Made by a program: the position numbers and the translations under genes | In this document: positions 28,877 to 35,681 of the stretch, piece after piece | Layout of the letters: each line of letters opens with the position of its first letter | Numbering within the stretch: position 1 is the stretch's first letter | The notes under the pieces: model-generated | Seen by the model: only the letters and a program-made list of their open reading frames with translations | Database searches by the model: none | What the model was told of the DNA's origin: nothing | Assembly: GCA_050298595.1 (NCBI GenBank) | Contig: JBNKUM010000035.1 | Span: forward strand, 1-35,885 | Reading direction: 5' to 3' | Length of the DNA stretch: 35,885 bases | From: Gammaproteobacteria bacterium | GTDB taxonomy: Bacteria; Pseudomonadota; Gammaproteobacteria; GCA-001735895

Positions 28877-29018
28877 TCGATATTTGGGGTTTTGGAGTGG
28901 TAACACACGCTATGGGAGATGGATTAACTGTAAATTGTTAAAAAATAGGAAAAGGAAAATGAGGAGTGAGGAGAGGTTGATTCAGTATCATAAGAATCAG
29001 GGAATGCTGCGGAAATTT

Positions 29019-29092
29019 TGCAACATAAGTCAATATACGTGCGTGCAACATAACTCAATAATTGTGCGTGTCAAATAATCAAGCTGTTAGCT
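29019..29092 (+). repeat. attI-like site, right array (25-bp direct repeats + GTTAGCT core)
   Basis: TGCAACATAAGTCAATATACGTGCG (29019-29043), TGCAACATAACTCAATAATTGTGCG (29044-29068), ATAATCAAGCT then GTTAGCT (29086-29092), complementary to AGCTAAC of the first attC. Confidence 0.8.
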
Positions 29093-29114
29093 GCAAAACA
29101 GGAATGGGAAGATT

Positions 29115-29903
29115 ATGCCAACTTATGATGTAGTCATTTCTTTCGCTGGAGAAGATAGAGAAATAGCATCCTCCATTGCCTCAAATCTCGTTACGAGAGG
29201 GGTTAGTGTTTTTTATGACGAATATGAGCAGGCCAACCTATGGGGAAAAGACCTGTATGTTCATCTAACAAAAATATACAGAGATGAGTCAAAGTTCTGT
29301 TTGATGATGATTTCAGAAAATTATGCAAAGAAACAATGGACAAATCATGAGAGGAAAGCTGCTCAGGCTAGAGCATTCCAAGAAAATAGTGAGTATATTC
29401 TTCCACTTCGATTAGATGATGCAGAGATAGAAGGAATACTAAATACGACTGGTTACATTGATTACCGGAACGTATCTTTAGAGCGTATCGTAAACCTCCT
29501 ATCGGAGAAAATAATTGAATATAACAAGGATAATGGCATTACATACGATATTGTGAAGGCAGAAACAGTCTTTGAAAAAGCCATTGATTTCAAGGGTGAT
29601 CGTCCTTTCCGAGATAGTGACATGAATACCGAGTGCCCGGCTTGTGGCACCAAACAGAACCTCTCTGAGGCAACTCTATCACTTGATGGTGATGATACTA
29701 TTTATTCTTGTAAAAACGGGTGCCAACCATTAGCGGTTATAAGTCGTCCCGGTATGGTTGCATGGCCTGGAAGAGGATTTAGGCTTCAAGACTATGTAGT
29801 GAGAAATATCAGGGATATTGTTATAAAAACAGAGAGTATGGGAGCTCCTTTACTTATACCAGCTAGCAAAGCTGCTTTAATGAAGGTGAGGCCCAGCAGC
29901 TAA
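29115..29903 (+). CDS. TIR-domain protein with C-terminal Cys cluster (cassette R1)
   Basis: YDVVISFAGEDR, VSVFYD, WTNHERKAA (catalytic Glu), ILPLRLD; CPAC...CKNGC. Confidence 0.9.
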   Translation: MPTYDVVISFAGEDREIASSIASNLVTRGVSVFYDEYEQANLWGKDLYVHLTKIYRDESKFCLMMISENYAKKQWTNHERKAAQARAFQENSEYILPLRLDDAEIEGILNTTGYIDYRNVSLERIVNLLSEKIIEYNKDNGITYDIVKAETVFEKAIDFKGDRPFRDSDMNTECPACGTKQNLSEATLSLDGDDTIYSCKNGCQPLAVISRPGMVAWPGRGFRLQDYVVRNIRDIVIKTESMGAPLLIPASKAALMKVRPSS

Positions 29904-30008
29904 CAATTGCATTAACCGGAGCTATCTCCGCGGTGTTTTTTGTGTGCTAAAAGAGCATAGCACACAAAAAACACTACTACAGTAGCCCGGTTATGCTGAG
30001 CGTTATGC
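29898..30008 (+). repeat. attC site (R1)
   Basis: AGCTAAC ... GTTATGC, 111 bp, long stem GTGTTTTTTGTGTGCTA/TAGCACACAAAAAACAC. Confidence 0.93.
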
Positions 30009-30028
30009 ATAAAAATACGGAGAAGTGA

Positions 30029-30496
30029 ATGTATCAGAGACAAGCCCTTGCTTTAGGGTCTTTAGTTTTCCTTGTGATTGTCGGATTAATTACAGTAATT
30101 TTAGCGTTTTGGGCATGGCCTAAATATAACGTGTATAAAATGGAATTGAATGGTAGAGCAGCCTTGAAAGAAGCAGAGTGGTCAAAGCAAATTTTGATTG
30201 AAGAGGCCAAAGCGAGAGAGCAAGCAGCTCTTATGCAAGCAAAGGCAAAAGTTACTCTAGCTGAAGCAGAAGGAAAAGCAAAAATTGTCCGTGCAAAAGC
30301 TGAGGGCGCAGCAGATATTGAAAGAGCCAAAGCAGCCGCAGAAGCAAATAGAATTATCGGAGAGTCACTCAAAAACAATGAAGAGTATCTTCGTTATATC
30401 TGGATTAAAGGGCTTCAAGATGGAAAGGGGGAACGCATTTATATTCCAACTGAAGCAGGACTTCCCATTTTAGAGGCAGGTAAGGCAGGCAAGTAA
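30029..30496 (+). CDS. membrane-anchored coiled-coil protein, SPFH/band-7 C-terminal-like (cassette R2)
   Basis: N-terminal TM, AEAE/AKA-rich coil, YLRYIWI, IYIPTEAGLPILEA. Confidence 0.75.
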   Translation: MYQRQALALGSLVFLVIVGLITVILAFWAWPKYNVYKMELNGRAALKEAEWSKQILIEEAKAREQAALMQAKAKVTLAEAEGKAKIVRAKAEGAADIERAKAAAEANRIIGESLKNNEEYLRYIWIKGLQDGKGERIYIPTEAGLPILEAGKAGK

Positions 30497-30497
30497 T

Positions 30498-30549
30498 GCA
30501 TGAAACATGATAATGAGACCCGGGGGTCTCGTTTATCATTCTGTTAAGC
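30498..30549 (+). repeat. atypical short cassette junction site, copy 1
   Basis: GCATGAA-ACATGATAATGAGACCCGGGGGTCTCGTTTATCATTCT-GTTAAGC, 52 bp. Confidence 0.85.
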
Positions 30550-30570
30550 GTTCTCAGGAGTCAGAGTTCG

Positions 30571-31038
30571 GTGGAATATAAAATAGTAGATGAAGAAAAA
30601 TCCAACGATGTCGCAAAGTTGGCTGTTTGCCTAACCAATGAAATTATAGAAAGAACGGGCATTAAGCACTTTGATGTGGATATTCCTTTAGCAGAAAAAC
30701 TGTGCAAGAAATTTATGGAGCAGGGTATATACACTGTAGTTGCTGCATTTAATAACGATCGGATCGTGGGATTCGGAGCTTTATGCGAAAGCCATTCGCT
30801 TTACGCAGAAGGCACATTTGGAAGTATTCAAGAATTTTATGTATTGCCAGAATTTCGGTCGAAATCAATTGGCAAAGAGTTACTTGAAAGCCTTGTTAGT
30901 TACGCGAAATCCAGGCAATGGGTAAGGCTTGAGTTATGTACTCCGCCAATCCCAGAGTTTGATAGAACAGTTTCGTTTTATAAAGAAAATGGTTTTGAAA
31001 TAACCGGTGGTTACAAAATGAAGTATACAGTCGCTTAA
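30571..31038 (+). CDS. GNAT family N-acetyltransferase (cassette R3)
   Basis: EFYVLPEFRSKSIGKELL acetyl-CoA motif, FYKENGF. Confidence 0.9.
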   Translation: MEYKIVDEEKSNDVAKLAVCLTNEIIERTGIKHFDVDIPLAEKLCKKFMEQGIYTVVAAFNNDRIVGFGALCESHSLYAEGTFGSIQEFYVLPEFRSKSIGKELLESLVSYAKSRQWVRLELCTPPIPEFDRTVSFYKENGFEITGGYKMKYTVA

Positions 31039-31082
31039 AATATTATAGCTAGACAAGAAGCTTGTTAATACAACAGTTATGA
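31033..31082 (+). repeat. atypical short cassette junction site (divergent)
   Basis: GCTTAAA ... GACAAG-AAG-CTTGTT hairpin ... GTTATGA, 50 bp; the left box mirrors the GTTAAGC that opens R3. Confidence 0.65.
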
Positions 31083-31097
31083 GCGGAGTAACCACAA

Positions 31098-31586
31098 ATG
31101 GAATTTATAGTCGATAGCGCCGAAAATCTTGACGTGTCAGATGATGAAATATTTGATCTGCTGTCACAAGTTTACGTGCAAGCAGGTTTTGCTTCTGCTG
31201 AGATAGCCAAAACAGTATTTGATCCAGTCAAGGTTAGAGATAGAGGGGCGCTTATTGTATCTCAGGAAATATCAGAAAATGAATTTTCTGGAATGGTGAT
31301 TGTTGTTCCTCCAAAGTCACAAGCCATTGTGAGGGCTAAAGAAAATGAATGTGAAATGCATTTGTTGGGCGTTAGGCCTAAGTATAGAGGGCATGGGCTC
31401 GGTCGTAGGCTGGTGAGTAAAGCTATTGATTTTGCAACGGATAAAAATTGGTCAAAAATGATCTTGTGGACTCAAAAGTCAATGAAAGAAGCTCAGAATC
31501 TGTATGAGTCATCTGGGTTTGTTCGATCCGGGGAGATGACAAAAAATGGCATTGAGTTTTTTGTTTATGAGAGAATATGCACATGA
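31098..31586 (+). CDS. GNAT family N-acetyltransferase (cassette R4)
   Basis: LGVRPKYRGHGLGRRLV, AQNLYESSGF. Confidence 0.92.
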   Translation: MEFIVDSAENLDVSDDEIFDLLSQVYVQAGFASAEIAKTVFDPVKVRDRGALIVSQEISENEFSGMVIVVPPKSQAIVRAKENECEMHLLGVRPKYRGHGLGRRLVSKAIDFATDKNWSKMILWTQKSMKEAQNLYESSGFVRSGEMTKNGIEFFVYERICT

Positions 31587-31631
31587 AAATAAATAGCGAG
31601 ACAATCGGTTTCGTTATCGCAACTGTCAAGC
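31581..31631 (+). repeat. atypical short cassette junction site (divergent)
   Basis: ACATGAA ... ATAGCGAGAC/GTTTCGTTAT hairpin ... GTCAAGC, 51 bp; GTCAAGC mirrors the GCTTAAC that closes R5. Confidence 0.65.
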
Positions 31632-31644
31632 ACCCGGTAAAGTT

Positions 31645-31986
31645 ATGAGCGTTATCAATATTGACATCGCAGATCACTATAAATGGGGGAATGGATCAGA
31701 TGGGTGGCATCTTTTAAAATCTGACTCGCTTAGCATAATTCAAGAAAGAGTATCACCTGGTGAGTGTGAGCTGCGCCATTACCACAATAACTCACAGCAA
31801 TTCTTTTACATACTATCTGGTGTCGCTCACATTGAGATATCGAGTGAGGTTCATGAAGTAAGCAAAGGAAACGGTCTCCATGTTCCAGCCAAGGAGCCAC
31901 ATCAATTAATGAATTAAGGAAATGTTGATCTTGTTTTCTTGGTGGTGTCAGAGCCTAAGAGTCACGGCGATCGAGTCAATGCTTAA
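31645..31986 (+). pseudogene. cupin-domain gene with in-frame TAA at 31915-31917 (cassette R5)
   Basis: HYH...QFFYILSG and HVPAKEPH cupin motifs; the frame continues after the stop as GNVDLVFLVVSEPKSHGDRVNA*, ending in the attC. Confidence 0.85.
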
Positions 31987-32040
31987 CAAGCGCGTTAAAT
32001 GCGACGCTCGTTCCTCGCGCACTTTATGCGGGCGTTAGGC
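31981..32040 (+). repeat. attC site (R5)
   Basis: GCTTAAC ... GTTAGGC, 60 bp canonical short attC. Confidence 0.9.
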
Positions 32041-32059
32041 AATAGAAGGAGTTTTTGCT

Positions 32060-32410
32060 ATGCAAAAGGAAATATTCCAAGAAATAACTGATAGCGTTAT
32101 AGGCTCGTTGCCAAATGAATGGTTGGAATTCATTGTTAAATATCAGGTCGAGGGAAACCAAAGCCAATTCTTAAATAGCTATCTAGTTTTGGAGAATGAG
32201 AAACTAACAGAAAAATCAATCCCATCAATAACCAATTTGGATGTGCTTCTTAGGCGACTTCAAGACGAGGTTGCAATCGGAAATAAAGAAAGGTTTACAG
32301 AATGCATCATTCACGTGAAGGCAAGCGGTGAGTTTGATGCAAACTATTCTTACGAACCTATTGATTGGGACAAGCTAGATTTAGGTTGGAATTTTAGAGA
32401 AAATGCCTAA
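32060..32410 (+). CDS. YezG/DUF600-like immunity protein (cassette R6)
   Basis: EIFQEI...LPNEW, LLRRLQ, FTECIIHVKASGEFDANYSY pattern. Confidence 0.65.
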   Translation: MQKEIFQEITDSVIGSLPNEWLEFIVKYQVEGNQSQFLNSYLVLENEKLTEKSIPSITNLDVLLRRLQDEVAIGNKERFTECIIHVKASGEFDANYSYEPIDWDKLDLGWNFRENA

Positions 32411-32456
32411 AACATGATAATGAGACCCGGAGGTCTCGTTTATCATTCTGTTAGCT
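32405..32456 (+). repeat. atypical short cassette junction site, copy 2
   Basis: GCCTAAA-ACATGATAATGAGACCCGGAGGTCTCGTTTATCATTCT-GTTAGCT, 52 bp. Confidence 0.85.
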
Positions 32457-32464
32457 TGTAAATA

Positions 32465-32857
32465 ATGAATAGCGTAATCATACATTTCAAAGGCCCAAGC
32501 TACGAAGAAATTGAAAGTAGAGCTAAAGATATCAAAATTATCGATGGTTCTTGTTCATCTGAGGAAGGCGAAAATTTTCAATTCTGGCGATATGAAGATT
32601 ACAAAACAGAATATGCCCCCGAGGAAAAATCAATAGTTGAGAATTCAATCGGTGGTAAACCGACAGCAAGCTTTCAACTGTTGTGTCGAACTTCATGTGG
32701 GCGCTTTGCACTAGATAAAATGATAAAACTATTTTCAATCGTAGAAGGTGTTATGGATGATGATAATGATGGTTACTGGCAACTCAAACAGATGAAAAGT
32801 GCATATTTGAATAGTTCGGCATCGAATATATACAACTTAAATGAACACACAAGCTAA
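32465..32857 (+). CDS. hypothetical protein (cassette R7)
   Basis: 130 aa ORF filling the cassette; stop lies within the attC AGCTAAC. Confidence 0.75.
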   Translation: MNSVIIHFKGPSYEEIESRAKDIKIIDGSCSSEEGENFQFWRYEDYKTEYAPEEKSIVENSIGGKPTASFQLLCRTSCGRFALDKMIKLFSIVEGVMDDDNDGYWQLKQMKSAYLNSSASNIYNLNEHTS

Positions 32858-32911
32858 CCAGGTGCTACACTCGGACTCGCTACCGCTCGCCGGTGAGCGC
32901 AAACGTTAACT
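32852..32911 (+). repeat. attC site (R7)
   Basis: AGCTAAC ... GTTAACT, 60 bp. Confidence 0.88.
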
Positions 32912-32926
32912 ATAGAAGCAGGAACG

Positions 32927-33718
32927 ATGAAATATCGAATATTAGGTTTAGTTTTTATGCTGTTTTCGATTGGAGGGGTAGTGGCTCAGGAAATTGTATA
33001 TAAAGACAGTGAAGGGAATGTCCTAACCAAGTCAGAACTAGAAAACTATTCAGGAGAAGCAAATTGGGAAATATCTCTTGGAAAAAGCATTTCAAGTAAA
33101 GCAAAAGAGCTACATGCCGAAGCCAGGAAAATGGGTCAACAAGGTGAGTACGATAACTCAATAGAGCTATTGAGAAAAGCCTCTGATCTAGAGCCTAAGT
33201 GGGCTTATCCAATCTACGATATGGCTTTCACATATATGCTAAAGAATAATTATGAAAAGGCGCTCGAACTATATCGTAAAGTAGATAAAATGGAATCTAG
33301 GGGATTTTTTACTACGAAAACAGCAATATATACTTTAGAAGGAGAGAGTAGCGGGAAGTACCCAAAAGGGCTCTATATGGCTTACCTAAGTCTTGAGTGG
33401 ATGGACAAGAAGGAAAAATCAGAACTGATATTGAAGCTGATTAATAACTTTCCAAACTATGCGGCTGCATGGAAAGAACTTGCCGCTTTAGCTGGAAATG
33501 ATGAAACTGCAATGCAGGCCATTGAGCAAGGATTAAGCGCTAACCCCGATGCGGAAACGTACGGATTATTAATGATTAATAAAGCTTTGGTTCTTAGCAG
33601 AGGCGGAGAACAAGACAAGGCGATCTCAATGTTAGGGGCGCTTGGCACAAATAGTAAATCAACCATCGCAACAGTAATGTTGGCTAAAGAAACCATTGCA
33701 AACTTACTGAGTAAATAA
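32927..33718 (+). CDS. secreted TPR-repeat protein (cassette R8)
   Basis: Signal peptide MKYRILGLVFMLFSIGGVVA; TPR patterns (GEYDNSIELLRKASDLEP, YEKALELYRKV). Confidence 0.85.
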   Translation: MKYRILGLVFMLFSIGGVVAQEIVYKDSEGNVLTKSELENYSGEANWEISLGKSISSKAKELHAEARKMGQQGEYDNSIELLRKASDLEPKWAYPIYDMAFTYMLKNNYEKALELYRKVDKMESRGFFTTKTAIYTLEGESSGKYPKGLYMAYLSLEWMDKKEKSELILKLINNFPNYAAAWKELAALAGNDETAMQAIEQGLSANPDAETYGLLMINKALVLSRGGEQDKAISMLGALGTNSKSTIATVMLAKETIANLLSK

Positions 33719-33719
33719 T

Positions 33720-33782
33720 AGTTAACAAGGCCATCAATTTGATGGCGCAGAAGCCGCGCCACAAATTATGGCGTCATTATGT
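33720..33782 (+). repeat. attC site (R8) with mutated core (ATT instead of GTT)
   Basis: AGTTAAC ... ATTATGT, 63 bp, stem TGGCGC/GCGCCA. Confidence 0.85.
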
Positions 33783-33798
33783 GTAAGTAGATGGGACT

Positions 33799-34134
33799 AT
33801 GATTAAATCGAAAAAGATAGATAAGGCCAATTCGTTTTTTAAAGAATGGGATGGTTCTGATGCCGAATTTAATCACTTTGTCGATTCTATGAGTAATAGA
33901 TTTACTATTGGCGTATATAAAGAAGGCTTAGAGCCTACCGGTATTAGTTTTTCTGCATGCCAATTTATCCAGGGTCCGACCTTCTGGAAAAATATGCGTC
34001 TACGATGTAGTGCAGTAGAGTATGACGGAGTTGATTGTTTTAAGGTTTGCGATGAAGCTGCTGGTTTCAAAGTGATAGTCGGATCTGGTATCACAGGTGG
34101 AGGCATTAATTTTAGTGTCACTGTTAGCGAATAA
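33799..34134 (+). CDS. hypothetical protein (cassette R9)
   Basis: 111 aa ORF filling the cassette. Confidence 0.75.
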   Translation: MIKSKKIDKANSFFKEWDGSDAEFNHFVDSMSNRFTIGVYKEGLEPTGISFSACQFIQGPTFWKNMRLRCSAVEYDGVDCFKVCDEAAGFKVIVGSGITGGGINFSVTVSE

Positions 34135-34136
34135 TC

Positions 34137-34188
34137 ACATAAAACATGATAATGAGACCCGGGGGTCTCGTTTATCATTCTGTTATAA
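34137..34188 (+). repeat. atypical short cassette junction site, copy 3
   Basis: ACATAAA-ACATGATAATGAGACCCGGGGGTCTCGTTTATCATTCT-GTTATAA, 52 bp. Confidence 0.85.
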
Positions 34189-34196
34189 TTAAGTTA

Positions 34197-34886
34197 ATGT
34201 TTGAACTACCATCAGATAGGGAAATATTAGATGCTATAGATGAGAATAATATCTCAATTTTAGCTGGCCTTTGCATGCCGTTAGCAAAAACACATGATAA
34301 CTGGAGATTTTCTCAGGATATTTGCGTCAAACTATCAGTACATAATGATCCTTCTATAAGAAGAGATGCTATTTTAAGTTTATCCTTGATTACTTTATTT
34401 CATCATAAAATTGAAAAGAACATTATCAAACCAGTTCTTTTAAATAGCTTAGAAGATAAAGATCAAAAAGTCAGAGAAGCAGCGCAAACTGCCATTAATG
34501 ACATAAACAATTGGATGAATTGGCATATCGGCAATGCTCAAAAAAATAAACGAAAAATAAAACCAATAAAAGAGCAAAATAATATTAATAAACCAAGAAT
34601 TAAATTTTCATTTGAAGGTAGTCTGCTGCAAGCGTTAATATCTATTTCCTTCGAGTTTGAAAACTGCGGCAAGGTAGGGGATATCCTTTATAGTACGAGT
34701 GGTAGTAAAAAATCCTTCAAGCTAAATGACAATGATTTTATATGCGTTTATAAAGGCTTGCTTAGAGCTATTGAAAGCCATCGATATCCTAATAAAAGTG
34801 GTAAAGAATACAATTCTGTAAAAGAATTAATAAAAATATTTGAGCAATTGCATCTTGAGCAGAGGTATACTGAAATACAATTATAA
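34197..34886 (+). CDS. HEAT-repeat-containing protein (cassette R10)
   Basis: HNDPSIRRDAILSL and EDKDQKVREAAQTAI HEAT motifs; start moved to ATG 34197 because 34146 lies within the junction site. Confidence 0.75.
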   Translation: MFELPSDREILDAIDENNISILAGLCMPLAKTHDNWRFSQDICVKLSVHNDPSIRRDAILSLSLITLFHHKIEKNIIKPVLLNSLEDKDQKVREAAQTAINDINNWMNWHIGNAQKNKRKIKPIKEQNNINKPRIKFSFEGSLLQALISISFEFENCGKVGDILYSTSGSKKSFKLNDNDFICVYKGLLRAIESHRYPNKSGKEYNSVKELIKIFEQLHLEQRYTEIQL

Positions 34887-34968
34887 CAAGCACTTTAAAA
34901 CGGACGCGTGGCACCAGTGTGCCGCTTCTTCATCGCCATGGCGCGTGCCGTTTAAGTGAGCGTTAGGC
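34881..34968 (+). repeat. attC site (R10)
   Basis: TTATAAC ... GTTAGGC, 88 bp, stems CACTT/AAGTG and AAACGG/CCGTTT. Confidence 0.9.
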
Positions 34969-34991
34969 ACGGTCAAAGGAGTAATATTTTT

Positions 34992-35453
34992 GTGAAGTTA
35001 TTAGCAATTTCAGCTTTAGTGTTTTTAAGTATTGGATTAAATGGAAAGGCCATGAGTGAAGAAGTAGAGAGTCAGTCATTAGAAAAAAGCGATGTAACGG
35101 AAATTTCTACCCCTCTAAAAGAGGCATTTGCTAAAGCTAGAAAAGAAAGAAATGCAGCAATAAGTCTGGTGGAATTTTGGAAGACGGATGTATTTGTAAT
35201 CGTTGAAAAGGCATCCGACACACATTTCTACCCTGCTTTCACTCGGTCACCAAATAAAGAAAAATGGGCAGTAACTGTTGCGGAAAAAGAAGAATGGCTC
35301 AAAGCTGACAAATGGCCAAAAATGAAGTTGTCTGGCGGGCAAATTATTCAAATGCTTGGTGAAGACAAGGAAATAGTTATAGTTTACCCAGATGGCGGTG
35401 ATTATATTACGAGCAATCAGTTATCATGGATCAGAGAGCAGTTAAAAGAATAG
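34992..35453 (+). CDS. exported hypothetical protein, SseB-N-like (cassette R11)
   Basis: AAGGAG RBS before GTG 34992, signal peptide; KLSGGQIIQML...IVIVYP pattern (weak family call). Confidence 0.65.
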   Translation: MKLLAISALVFLSIGLNGKAMSEEVESQSLEKSDVTEISTPLKEAFAKARKERNAAISLVEFWKTDVFVIVEKASDTHFYPAFTRSPNKEKWAVTVAEKEEWLKADKWPKMKLSGGQIIQMLGEDKEIVIVYPDGGDYITSNQLSWIREQLKE

Positions 35454-35560
35454 CGAGGCCTTAAAAAGTGTATCTCCACCCAGGGGCAACAAGTAGGTTC
35501 GTACTTGGTAAGTGGGCTAGGGTTTATCATGAGAATTTTGAGTTTCTTGCAAGGTCGCTG

Positions 35561-35669
35561 GCCTAACAATGGCAATTGAGAGGGACATGCTCTCCCCAGC
35601 GTTTCGTTTGTGGCTTGATGCCACAAGCCTCACACCGCTCCGGCAAGCCTCTCATTGCTGGCGTTAGAT
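35561..35669 (+). repeat. attC site (R11)
   Basis: GCCTAAC ... GTTAGAT, 109 bp. Confidence 0.92.
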
Positions 35670-35681
35670 GTATAAAGGAAA

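Noticed and set aside
28928-28943. LexA box upstream of the right attI-like site (CTGTAAATTGTTAAAA)
   Set aside because: The right half lacks ACAG; too degenerate to call.
28877-29018. Integron integrase or remnant upstream of either attI-like site (also 4147-4290)
   Set aside because: Only ~140 bp is available on each side and no tyrosine-recombinase motifs were seen in any listed ORF.
29011-29085. Dedicated Pc cassette promoter within the attI-like repeats
   Set aside because: No -35/-10 pair at 16-18 bp spacing convincing enough to call on either array.
30498-34188. CRISPR array from the three near-identical palindromes
   Set aside because: The copies are about 1.7-1.9 kb apart and separated by whole genes; no cas genes are present.
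35454-35560. 107-bp non-coding gap between the R11 stop and its attC
   Set aside because: No convincing hairpin, extra junction site or ORF; cassette 3' spacers of this size are not unusual.
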